Assembly: GCF_003231495.1 (NCBI RefSeq)
Contig: NZ_PQWO01000007.1
Coordinates: 90,001-122,000 of the forward strand
Origin: Acaryochloris thomasi RCC1774
GTDB taxonomy: Bacteria > Cyanobacteriota > Cyanobacteriia > Thermosynechococcales > Thermosynechococcaceae
Reading direction: 5' to 3'
Length of the DNA: 32,000 bases
Shown: positions 17,101 to 25,685 of the stretch, piece after piece
How positions within the stretch are numbered: the stretch's first letter is position 1
Layout: every line of letters starts with the position of its first letter
Position numbers and translations under genes: made by a program
The notes under the pieces: model-generated
What the model was told of the DNA's origin: nothing
Seen by the model: only the letters and a program-made list of their open reading frames with translations
Database searches by the model: none

Positions 17101-17283
17101 CTATGGTTCCCCTTCTTTTAAGTTAGAAGATCACATGATGGAGACAGGCTTGCTAACATAGCCCTAGTCTGAGATCAGAAAATCGAAACTGATGCAGCAG
17201 GTAAGCTAGATTTGTGTGGGATAGAAGCCCTGGCAGACTATGAGGTTAGCAACGCGAGAGAAATTTGAAAGAAGGATTCAGTT

Positions 17284-17871
17284 GTGGCGATCGCAAGTTC
17301 CTCAACCCAGCTCTACACCGTTGAAGAATATCTAGATCGAGAAACTCAATCTGATATTCGTAGCGAGTACCGCAATGGAGAAATCATTCCCATGACGGGA
17401 GGCACTCCCGCGCACAATAAAATTATTAGCGCCTTAAATGCACTTCTATGGTTTGGTCTCCGGGGACAAGCCTTCAGTCTTTTTGCCTCAGACCAGCGCC
17501 TTTGGATCCCTAACTGCAATCTTTATACCTATCCTGATGTCATGGTGGTTGCGAATCCATTAGATTTACAGGCCGGACGAACCGATACGGTCACGAATCC
17601 GATTCTAGTAGCTGAAGTTCTGTCTAAGTCAACGAAGGACTATGACCGAGATGAAAAGTTTTCGGCCTACCGGACCATAGACACATTTACAGAGTATCTA
17701 CTCATTGACCAGTATCAGCAAAGAGTCGAACAATATGTACGACAGGAAGCCAATCAATGGCTACTTACGGTTCATGAGGGGCAGGCAGCGAGCATATCTC
17801 TTGCTTCTGTACCAGTTGAGATTACACTCACTGAACTCTATGAGACAGTAGAACTTAAATCAGACGGTTGA
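17284..17871 (+). CDS. Uma2-family (DUF820) putative restriction-endonuclease-fold protein
   Basis: 195-aa ORF with a GTG start and an AAGGA about 8 nt upstream. Family pattern: YTVEEYL...SEYRNGEIIPMTGGTPAHN...YPDVMVV...NPILVAEVLSKSTKDYDRDEKFSAYRTIDTFTEYLLIDQ. Confidence 0.85.
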   Translation: MAIASSSTQLYTVEEYLDRETQSDIRSEYRNGEIIPMTGGTPAHNKIISALNALLWFGLRGQAFSLFASDQRLWIPNCNLYTYPDVMVVANPLDLQAGRTDTVTNPILVAEVLSKSTKDYDRDEKFSAYRTIDTFTEYLLIDQYQQRVEQYVRQEANQWLLTVHEGQAASISLASVPVEITLTELYETVELKSDG

Positions 17872-17878
17872 AGTATTG

Positions 17879-18655
17879 ATGGTATCGATTCAAAATCAAG
17901 TGGTTCTGGTTACTGGCGCTAGTAGCGGTATCGGCATGGCCTGCGCGAAAGCTTTTGCTGCAACCGGTGCCAAGCTCATTTTGGCGGCTCGCCGAGAGGA
18001 TCGCTTACAGACGCTAGCGACCGCTCTCAAAGATGAATTTGGGGTAGAGAGTTACGTGCTGGTGCTGGATGTTTGCGATCGCAACCAAACACAAACCCAG
18101 CTCAACTCCCTGCCTGAACCCTGGTCAAATATCGACATCTTAGTAAACAACGCCGGACTCAGCCGAGGACTCAACAAGCTGCACGAGGGCAGCATCCAAG
18201 ACTGGGAAGAAATGATCGACACCAACGTTAAGGGACTGCTGTACGTTACCCGCGCATTGGTTCCCGGTATGGTGGAGCGTCAGCAAGGGCACATCATTAA
18301 TATTGGCTCCATTGCCGGACATGAAACTTACCCCAACGGCAATGTTTACTGCGCTACTAAAGCCGCCGTTCGCGCCATCTCAGAAGGGCTCAAGCAAGAT
18401 TTATTGGGGACGCCAGTGCGTGTCTCATCCGTGGATCCAGGACTCGTGGAAACAGAATTTAGCGACGTTCGCTTTCGAGGCGACACCGACCGAGCCGAAA
18501 AGGTTTACCAGAATCTGACGCCTCTCACCCCTGAAGACGTTGCGGATGTCGTCCTGTTCTGTGCAACCCGACCCGCCCACGTCAACCTCAGCGAAGTTTT
18601 GCTGCTTCCCACCGATCAGTCTGGAGCCACACTGGTTCATCGACGCTCACCATGA
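17879..18655 (+). CDS. Short-chain dehydrogenase/reductase (SDR), YdfG-like NADP-dependent oxidoreductase
   Basis: Motifs: TGASSGIG cofactor site, NNAG, and the catalytic S...YCATKAAV tetrad. ATG at 17879 is used (the track ORF begins one codon earlier, at TTG 17876), 7 nt after the Uma2 stop. Confidence 0.88.
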   Translation: MVSIQNQVVLVTGASSGIGMACAKAFAATGAKLILAARREDRLQTLATALKDEFGVESYVLVLDVCDRNQTQTQLNSLPEPWSNIDILVNNAGLSRGLNKLHEGSIQDWEEMIDTNVKGLLYVTRALVPGMVERQQGHIINIGSIAGHETYPNGNVYCATKAAVRAISEGLKQDLLGTPVRVSSVDPGLVETEFSDVRFRGDTDRAEKVYQNLTPLTPEDVADVVLFCATRPAHVNLSEVLLLPTDQSGATLVHRRSP

Positions 18656-20814
18656 CCCAGCTAGGAATTCTGGATGATAGCGCTTTCACTCGTCCTGCCA
18701 ATGGGCAAACGCTCTCGTTCCCGCTACAGATTGTGGGCGGTTCTACCGCTGCTTATTCCGCTGCCTTGGGCGCACTCCAGGCTGGAACTAAGATCTGCCT
18801 CGTTCAGCCTCACTTGGTTCTAGGCGGGCAGTTTACCGCTCAAGCGCTCCCGGCCTCTGATGATGGCCGCTTACTGACGCCCTACGACCAGATCCCGCCG
18901 GAGCAACGAGATCCGCAGCAGCTTCGCAATAGTGAGGAATTTGCGCTGTCGCGATCGCAACGTCAATTTCGCAATCGCCAGCGCCAGCTTCAGCCCGTTG
19001 CCGGAAAAGTCATCCAAAATCCAGGCGGAAGCTGGGTCAGTCATCTTTCTGTGACGCCTGTTGTGGCTGCAATTGCCCTTAACGAAGCGATTCTTCCTTT
19101 TCTTGAGAGTGGACAGCTCACCCTGATCCCTTTTGCTGAACCGATAGAAGTCCTGTTCCAACAAGAACCGGAAGCGTATAGACGCATCATTGGCATTGTC
19201 TTTAGAGACAGCCAAACCCAGCATCAGTTTACGGTCCACAGTCAGATCACGATTGAAGCAACAGACCTCGGAGACTTGCTAGAGCTAGGCCAAATCGAAT
19301 CTCGTATCGGTCAAGAATCAAGATCTGAAACGGGCGAAGCGGCTCTGCCAGAGACGGCCTACCCTGATTGCCAGCAGGCGATTACCGTCTGTGCCGTTGT
19401 CGAGCGCAATCTAGGCCCATGCCTTCCACCACCTGAGGGCTATAACCAGGAACCTTGGCTGCAGGCTCAGGACTTCACCTGTGACTTTTGGTTTCAGTCA
19501 AATCACCAATGGCAGCGGCAGTGTTTCTACGATCCTGACGGGATGTTTCGCTATCGACGGCTACAGCGGAGTGTGGCTGATGATCGGGCGCGAGTCGGAG
19601 ACGTAACGGTTCTCAACTGGTCTACGAGTCCTCTTGGCTGCAATGACAGACCGCCGGATCCTGATGCAGCTTTGGGATGTGGGAATGACTATGTGCCGGG
19701 TGTGTTGGTGGGCATTCGTCGCGCAGAGCGACAGGAGCAGATTAAACGGGCTTGCGATCGCACCCAAGCCTACGTCCACTTTTTGCAAACTGAAACGGGC
19801 GATCTCAAACCTCGGGGCGATCTCACCTGGACTGCTAACGGTATTGCGCTCGCCCCCTATATTCGAGAGGCTCGTCGAGGTATCGCCCTAACCACTATTC
19901 GACATCAAGATGTGGCAAAAAAGTTCTTCCCGGATGCTGTGCGCGCCCGCACCTTCGGCGATAGCGTTGGTATCGGTCAATATCACTACCTTGATATGCA
20001 TCCCAATGATGCCCCCGGTCAAGTCGAGTTAGGAGACGGTCACGATGCTTTGCCTTTTACTATTCCCCTGGGTGCTCTGATTCCCGAACGGACTGACGGC
20101 CTAATTCTGTCTTCCAAAAGCATTGGCACCACCCACATCACCAATGCGGCCTATCGGATGCATCCGGCAGAGTGGGCAATCGGCGAAGCGGGCGGACATC
20201 TAGCGGCCTTTGCCCTTCAAAATGAGATTAGTGTCCGAGACACTGCGGCTCACCATATCCGCCAATTTCAGCACCAGCTCACACAGGCGGGTATCCCCAT
20301 CGTTTGGCTGAATGATGTTTCTCACGACGATCTTGACTTCGCTGCAATCCAGGTCCTCGCGACTGCGCTATTGTCCCAAATCTCCGGCACTCTCCCCCCA
20401 GCATTGGGGGGCCGGGGGGGCCAACGCAGCAGGGCTGAATTGGCTCAACCTGAGGCCAGTACATCCAGTGTCGATTTGGATAGAGGCTTTATTGATCAAG
20501 CAAGTTTGGGGTTTGGAGGGGATGCGATCTCAACTCCCAAACTCTTCGCGACCGCCTTGACCGGGCTGATCGGCTCTTGTCAAGATCTAGCAGCGCCACA
20601 GGATATCAGCCTCCAGCACTGGGCAGAGCAGAATCTGCTCACCCCGATCCAAGCACTAGATCCCCATCAGCCCCTGACCCGTCATCTTTTATCTCAGCTA
20701 TTTCAGACCTTAGAACCGCAGACCCGCGCACGACTTGCCGCTGCGCTTCCCGAACCTCAATCAGCTCTTCGTCGGAGAGATATCGCTGGAATTCTCCATG
20801 CGTTAGTGAATTGA
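18652..20814 (+). CDS. Large FAD-dependent oxidoreductase-like protein (FAD_oxidored/GIDA-like N-terminal Rossmann fold) with a long C-terminal extension
   Basis: 720-aa ORF. The start ATG overlaps the SDR stop (ATGA at 18652-18655). The N-terminal dinucleotide-binding motif is IVGGSTAAYSAALGALQAGTKICLVQPHLVLGGQ, with EATDLGDLL later on. The C-terminal ~150 aa are unassigned and contain an in-frame copy of the 32-nt repeat. Confidence 0.6.
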   Translation: MTQLGILDDSAFTRPANGQTLSFPLQIVGGSTAAYSAALGALQAGTKICLVQPHLVLGGQFTAQALPASDDGRLLTPYDQIPPEQRDPQQLRNSEEFALSRSQRQFRNRQRQLQPVAGKVIQNPGGSWVSHLSVTPVVAAIALNEAILPFLESGQLTLIPFAEPIEVLFQQEPEAYRRIIGIVFRDSQTQHQFTVHSQITIEATDLGDLLELGQIESRIGQESRSETGEAALPETAYPDCQQAITVCAVVERNLGPCLPPPEGYNQEPWLQAQDFTCDFWFQSNHQWQRQCFYDPDGMFRYRRLQRSVADDRARVGDVTVLNWSTSPLGCNDRPPDPDAALGCGNDYVPGVLVGIRRAERQEQIKRACDRTQAYVHFLQTETGDLKPRGDLTWTANGIALAPYIREARRGIALTTIRHQDVAKKFFPDAVRARTFGDSVGIGQYHYLDMHPNDAPGQVELGDGHDALPFTIPLGALIPERTDGLILSSKSIGTTHITNAAYRMHPAEWAIGEAGGHLAAFALQNEISVRDTAAHHIRQFQHQLTQAGIPIVWLNDVSHDDLDFAAIQVLATALLSQISGTLPPALGGRGGQRSRAELAQPEASTSSVDLDRGFIDQASLGFGGDAISTPKLFATALTGLIGSCQDLAAPQDISLQHWAEQNLLTPIQALDPHQPLTRHLLSQLFQTLEPQTRARLAAALPEPQSALRRRDIAGILHALVN
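20390..20421 (+). repeat. 32-nt C-run/G-run palindromic dispersed element, copy C, inside a CDS
   Basis: Reads ctct-cccccc-agcatt-gggggg-cc-ggggggg-c, which differs from copy B at 2 positions. It is translated in frame as ...GTLPPALGGRGGQ... within the 720-aa ORF. Confidence 0.85.
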
Positions 20815-21096
20815 AAAGAGCGAGAATAAGGCCGCATTCTCATCAAAGAGACAGGCTGTTAGCCCTAGCCCCGGCTCATTCCACAGCAGCGTGGCAAAAC
20901 TCATTTGCTCCATGTCTGAGAATTACGTTAAATTTAGTTAAGATAGAAGAATCTTAAATAAACGCCAAATTTTGTTCAAAGCTGACTCTGTGGCGTTACA
21001 AGGCCACAGAGCCTGGAATAGTTCGCACAATAGGCCATTCTTCCAGCATCCAGCAATACAAGTCCGTTTCTATTGTCATCGAGAGTTCAATACCCT

Positions 21097-22998
21097 ATGA
21101 AAACATCCTGGAAAACCATACTGTTGTGGAGTTTGCCTGCCCTATTCCTGGCTTTTTTCCTTTGGCAGGGCACGGTTGCCACGACGCCTACGCCTGAGAA
21201 TGCAGTCAGCAACACGGCTAGCTCTCGAATGACCTATGGCCGGTTCTTGGAGTACCTCGATGGGGGCCGTATCCAGAAAGTGGACCTCTTTGACGGAGGC
21301 CGTACCGCCATCATCGAAACCTCAGAAATGGAAATCCCAGGTCAGGGAGACCAAATTCAGAGAGCGCGCGTTGATTTACCCGGCTCCGCACCCCAATTGA
21401 TTACTAAGCTCAGAGATGCAGATGTTGACCTTGACATCCACCCCACCCAGGACAGAGGTGCTGTCTGGGGGTTGTTGGGTAACCTAGTCTTCCCCATTTT
21501 CTTGATTGTGGGTCTCTTCTTCCTGTTCCGTCGCTCTAACAACGTTCCTGGTGGTCCCGGACAGGCGATGAACTTTGGTAAATCCAAAGCTCGCTTTCAG
21601 ATGGAAGCCCAAACCGGCGTTATGTTTGACGATGTCGCTGGTGTTGAAGAAGCCAAAGAAGAACTGCAAGAAGTCATTACCTTTTTGAAAAAGCCTGAAA
21701 AGTTTACGGCTGTTGGTGCCAAAATTCCTAAGGGTGCGCTCCTTGTCGGTCCTCCTGGAACCGGTAAAACACTTCTCGCCAAGGCGATCGCGGGTGAAGC
21801 AGGCGTTCCTTTCTTCAGTATTTCGGGTTCTGAATTCGTCGAAATGTTTGTGGGTGTCGGTGCCTCTCGAGTCCGTGACCTATTCAAGAAAGCAAAAGAA
21901 AACGCTCCCTGCATCATCTTTATTGATGAGATTGATGCTGTGGGTCGTCAACGTGGTGCCGGTATTGGCGGCGGTAACGACGAGCGAGAGCAGACTCTCA
22001 ACCAGCTCCTAACCGAAATGGATGGCTTTGAAGGCAACTCCGGGATTATCATTCTGGCCGCCACCAACCGCCCAGACGTCTTGGATAGTGCCCTTCTGCG
22101 ACCCGGTCGTTTTGACCGTCAGGTTACTGTTGATGCGCCCGACATCAGAGGTCGTTTAGAAATTCTTTCTGTCCACGCCCGCGACAAAAAGCTAGGGGAT
22201 GAAGTTTCTCTAGAAAGCATTGCCCGCCGCACTCCTGGTTTCACAGGGGCCGACCTAGCAAACCTTCTCAACGAAGCTGCCATTCTCACAGCGCGTCGCC
22301 GCAAAGAAGCGATCACGCTCCTAGAAATTGACGATGCCGTTGACCGTGTTGTCGCCGGTATGGAAGGCACGCCTCTGGTTGACAGCAAGAGCAAACGTTT
22401 GATTGCTTACCATGAGATTGGCCATGCCATTGTTGCAACTCTGATCAAAGGACATGACCCTGTTCAGAAAGTCACGCTCATTCCTCGTGGGCAAGCTCAA
22501 GGTCTTACCTGGTTTACCCCTTCTGACGAGCAGGAACTGATTTCTCGCTCTCAGCTCAATGCCCGAATGGCTGGTGCTATGGGCGGACGCGCTGCCGAAC
22601 AGGTTGTTTTCGGTGATGCGGAAGTCACGACGGGCGCTGGCGGCGACCTACAGCAAGTGACCGGAATGGCTCGCCAGATGGTGACGCGATTCGGGATGTC
22701 TGATCTCGGTCCGATGTCTCTCGAAAGTCAACAGGGTGAAGTCTTCTTGGGGCGAGATTTGATGACGCGCTCGGAGTACTCTGACGAAATTGCGGCTCGC
22801 ATTGATGGTCAGGTTCGGGAGCTGATTCAACACGCCTATGAAGAGGCGATGCGGATTGTTCGTGAAAATCGCACCGTTATTGATCGTCTCGTTGACTTGT
22901 TGGTGGAAAGAGAAACCATCGGTGGCGAAGAGCTACGGCAGATTGTGGCTGAGTACACCGTCGTTCCTGACAAAGAACGGTATGTCCCACAGCTCTAA
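21097..22998 (+). CDS. ftsH: ATP-dependent zinc metalloprotease FtsH (closest in my memory to the Synechocystis FtsH2/slr0228 type)
   Basis: Motifs: Walker A GPPGTGKT, Walker [10 protein letters not shown], the SRH region, and the zinc site HEIGHAI. There are two N-terminal TM helices. The track start is TTG 21073. ATG 21097 ([14 protein letters not shown]) matches the usual FtsH N-terminus. Confidence 0.95.
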   Translation: MKTSWKTILLWSLPALFLAFFLWQGTVATTPTPENAVSNTASSRMTYGRFLEYLDGGRIQKVDLFDGGRTAIIETSEMEIPGQGDQIQRARVDLPGSAPQLITKLRDADVDLDIHPTQDRGAVWGLLGNLVFPIFLIVGLFFLFRRSNNVPGGPGQAMNFGKSKARFQMEAQTGVMFDDVAGVEEAKEELQEVITFLKKPEKFTAVGAKIPKGALLVGPPGTGKTLLAKAIAGEAGVPFFSISGSEFVEMFVGVGASRVRDLFKKAKENAPCIIFIDEIDAVGRQRGAGIGGGNDEREQTLNQLLTEMDGFEGNSGIIILAATNRPDVLDSALLRPGRFDRQVTVDAPDIRGRLEILSVHARDKKLGDEVSLESIARRTPGFTGADLANLLNEAAILTARRRKEAITLLEIDDAVDRVVAGMEGTPLVDSKSKRLIAYHEIGHAIVATLIKGHDPVQKVTLIPRGQAQGLTWFTPSDEQELISRSQLNARMAGAMGGRAAEQVVFGDAEVTTGAGGDLQQVTGMARQMVTRFGMSDLGPMSLESQQGEVFLGRDLMTRSEYSDEIAARIDGQVRELIQHAYEEAMRIVRENRTVIDRLVDLLVERETIGGEELRQIVAEYTVVPDKERYVPQL

Positions 22999-23032
22999 TA
23001 ATTTGCCTCTGAAAGCATCGCTATAGCTTGAA

Positions 23033-23057
23033 AGGATGGGTTCGCCCATCCTTTTTT
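23033..23057 (+). terminator. Rho-independent terminator downstream of ftsH
   Basis: Stem aggatggg (23033-23040), loop ttcg, stem cccatcct (23045-23052), then a ttttt run. It starts 35 nt after the ftsH stop. Confidence 0.8.
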
Positions 23058-23144
23058 CGATCTGGGCATCAGAATTGTTGAGATAGCCGCCTGTCAGGGC
23101 TTAACATGAGGAAGCCTGACCCATTCTAAGAAGCTCCATCCTCC

Positions 23145-23966
23145 ATGAAGTCTTATATTGCCGCCGCCGTTCAAATGACAAGTCTGCCCGACTTGCATAA
23201 AAATCTGGCTCAAGCTGAAGAACTTATTGATCTCGCTGTACGCCAAGGTGCTGAACTTGTCTGTTTGCCTGAGAACTTCGCGTTTTTGGGTGATGAAGCG
23301 GCCAAGATGGCACAGGCTGACGTCATCCATGTCGCCTGTGAAAAATTTCTCAAAAAACAAGCCCAAAAATTTCAAGTCACAATTTTAGGCGGAGGCTACC
23401 CAGTCCCAGCTAAGGAAGGAAAGGTTTATAACACGGCACTTCTGGTTGGCCCTGATGGTCAACAATTGGCGCGCTATGAAAAAGTTCATCTGTTCGATGT
23501 TGCTTTACCTGACGGGAACATCTATGACGAGTCGAGTTCGGTCCTAGCTGGAGAGCAGCTTCCTCCGGTCTATGAATCACCGACCTTAGGGAACCTCGGC
23601 CTTTCCGTTTGCTACGATGTCCGCTTTCCTGAACTCTATCGCTCGATGGCGAATGCGGGAGCCAACGTTTTGTTTGTCCCGGCGGCCTTTACGGCGTTTA
23701 CAGGCAAAGATCACTGGCAGGTCTTACTCCAGGCCCGCGCGATTGAAAATACCTGCTATGTGATTGCGCCCGCCCAGGCTGGGAGTCATAACTCTCGCCG
23801 TCAATCCCATGGCCACGCCATGATTGTGGACCCCTGGGGATGCATTTTGGCTGATGCAGGGACGCTCAAGGGAGTTGCGATCGCAGCCATTGAATCCTCC
23901 CGTCTGGCTCAGGTTCGCCGTCAGATGCCTAGTCTTCAGCATCGAGTTTTCATCGCACAATCTTAG
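23145..23966 (+). CDS. Carbon-nitrogen hydrolase family protein (nitrilase superfamily, Nit/omega-amidase-like)
   Basis: 273-aa ORF. The Glu-Lys-Cys catalytic triad contexts are CLPENF, YEKVHLFD and LSVCYDVRFPELYR. Confidence 0.85.
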   Translation: MKSYIAAAVQMTSLPDLHKNLAQAEELIDLAVRQGAELVCLPENFAFLGDEAAKMAQADVIHVACEKFLKKQAQKFQVTILGGGYPVPAKEGKVYNTALLVGPDGQQLARYEKVHLFDVALPDGNIYDESSSVLAGEQLPPVYESPTLGNLGLSVCYDVRFPELYRSMANAGANVLFVPAAFTAFTGKDHWQVLLQARAIENTCYVIAPAQAGSHNSRRQSHGHAMIVDPWGCILADAGTLKGVAIAAIESSRLAQVRRQMPSLQHRVFIAQS

Positions 23967-24048
23967 CTGAAATCGTTAGTGATGAACTTTCTTGAGATTT
24001 CTAATCAGCTCTAAATAACGTCATGCCCCCTCTGAAGTACTAGCCCTC

Positions 24049-25524
24049 ATGATGTCTTTTCTTTCCCCTCTGGTCTTTCTCGGCGCTCCCCTACTCCCGA
24101 TTCATTTTGCAGCAGAAGTCGCCGGGGAAGCTAATGCTGGCGTTGATGAAGCACCCCTGATCCTGGCTGGTGTTCTGCTGAGTTTAATTGTTATTTATTT
24201 TGCTAGTAAGGTTGGGGAAGAACTTTGTTCTCGCCTCAATCTCCCGCCGGTTCTGGGATCGCTCCTAGGTGGCGTAGTGGTGGGTGTATCTGCCCTGCAT
24301 CTATTGATGTTCCCTGAGGCCTCTGCCACTGAGGTGACGCCTTCGGTGCTATCAACGCTTCTTCAGGCCACCACCGATACGACGGCAGGGACCGCCACCT
24401 CGGTTGCCGCTGGCTACAGTGAAGTCATCTCCGTGCTTGCTGAGCTGGGGGTGATTATCTTACTGTTTGAGATTGGTCTAGAATCCGATCTTTCGGAACT
24501 GATTCGTGTCGGCCCTCAAGCAGCCGTTGTGGCTATTGTCGGCGTGGTTGCTCCCTTTGTTGCGGGCACCCTAGGGCTGATTTATCTCTTCCATATGGCG
24601 GCTATTCCGGCTATCTTTGCTGGTGCTGCACTGACCGCGACGAGTATCGGTATTACCGCTAAGGTGCTGGCTGAAATTCAGCAGCTTTCATCTGAAGAGG
24701 GGCAGATTATTATCGGAGCGGCTGTCCTTGATGATGTTTTGGGGATTATTGTGCTTGCCGTTGTGGCTAGCCTTGCCAAGACCGGCGAGATTCAGGTCAA
24801 CAACATCGTTTACCTGATCATCAGCTCCGTTGTTTTTTTAGTGGGCTCTATTGTTTTAGGGCGGTTTCTCAGCCCTTACTTTACGGCGCTTGTTGACCGA
24901 CTTAATACCCGCGGGAACCTGTTGATTGCCTCATTGATCTTTGCGTTCATCCTCGCTTACATCGCTACAGCTATTCATCTCGAGGCTATCTTAGGTGCTT
25001 TCACCGCTGGTCTAGTGTTGGCAGAGACTGATAAGCGCCAAGAGCTAGAGGAGCAGATCTTACCCATTGCTGATATGTTCGTCCCGATCTTTTTTGTTTG
25101 CGTAGGGGCCAAAACTGACGTCAGCGTTCTCAATCCGATGGTGCCTGAAAATCGCGAAGGACTGATTATTGCCGCCTTTTTGATCATTGTTGCTATCATT
25201 GGCAAGGTCATTACCGGACTAACGATTGTCGGAAAACCCGATCTCAATCGGTTAGCGATCGGTGTTGGCATGATTCCTCGGGGTGAGGTGGGTCTTGTCT
25301 TTGCCGGTGTTGGTTCCGCTAGTGGAGCGCTCTCTCGGCCTTTAGAAGCGGCGATTATCGTCATGGTGATTTTAACCACGTTTGTGGCTCCGCCCTTTCT
25401 GCGTATTGTCTTTAGTGATGCTGAAGCAGAAGGCGATGCTCTGGGCACAATAGCGTCGGGTTCCTCTGACCCAGTAGAGGCAACTGTCTCCACCGTGGCT
25501 GAGGATCTCGAGCAAGAGTCCTAA
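24049..25524 (+). CDS. Cation:proton antiporter (CPA2-type Na+/H+ or K+/H+ exchanger, NapA/KefB-like)
   Basis: 491-aa polytopic ORF with about 12 hydrophobic helices. The pattern is typical of the Na_H_Exchanger family (PPVLGSLLGGVVVG, LLFEIGLESDL, ALTATSIGITAKVL, GAAVLDDVLGII, MIPRGEVGLVFA). Confidence 0.8.
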   Translation: MMSFLSPLVFLGAPLLPIHFAAEVAGEANAGVDEAPLILAGVLLSLIVIYFASKVGEELCSRLNLPPVLGSLLGGVVVGVSALHLLMFPEASATEVTPSVLSTLLQATTDTTAGTATSVAAGYSEVISVLAELGVIILLFEIGLESDLSELIRVGPQAAVVAIVGVVAPFVAGTLGLIYLFHMAAIPAIFAGAALTATSIGITAKVLAEIQQLSSEEGQIIIGAAVLDDVLGIIVLAVVASLAKTGEIQVNNIVYLIISSVVFLVGSIVLGRFLSPYFTALVDRLNTRGNLLIASLIFAFILAYIATAIHLEAILGAFTAGLVLAETDKRQELEEQILPIADMFVPIFFVCVGAKTDVSVLNPMVPENREGLIIAAFLIIVAIIGKVITGLTIVGKPDLNRLAIGVGMIPRGEVGLVFAGVGSASGALSRPLEAAIIVMVILTTFVAPPFLRIVFSDAEAEGDALGTIASGSSDPVEATVSTVAEDLEQES

Positions 25525-25619
25525 AAAGCCTGCGCCCAGAAACTTATTGGCTGCTTTCTGCGTCCAAGCTGCAGTGGAACACGGCTAATGCTGTGCTATA
25601 CCTCACATATGCTTTTTGA

Positions 25620-25638
25620 GGGTCGAGGCGATCGACCC
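25620..25638 (+). terminator. Weak candidate hairpin terminator after the antiporter gene
   Basis: Stem gggtcga (25620-25626), loop ggcga, stem tcgaccc (25632-25638), followed by ttgattg. It is 96 nt after the stop. The stem is short, the T-tract is poor, and the sequence overlaps a HIP1-like core, so confidence is low. Confidence 0.25.
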
Positions 25639-25685
25639 TTGATTGTGGAGCCGGGAGGGGGAATGGTTAATAACGGAGATATCCC

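Noticed and set aside
16623-17272. Short direct repeat gagagaaa near both edges of the AT-rich islet (about 16626-16633 and 17256-17263) as possible att-like duplication
   Set aside because: Only 8 nt, purine-rich, and expected by chance in AT-rich sequence. No integrase or tRNA target lies nearby.
20577-20957. 126-aa plus-strand ORF overlapping the 3' end of the FAD-oxidoreductase gene
   Set aside because: It is off-frame relative to a longer ORF that continues uninterrupted. Its product is Ser/Arg/Pro-rich low complexity.
24975-25493. 172-aa ORF antisense to the cation:proton antiporter gene
   Set aside because: It mirrors a hydrophobic membrane-protein gene and is Ala/Pro/Ser/Thr/Arg-rich. 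No independent support.
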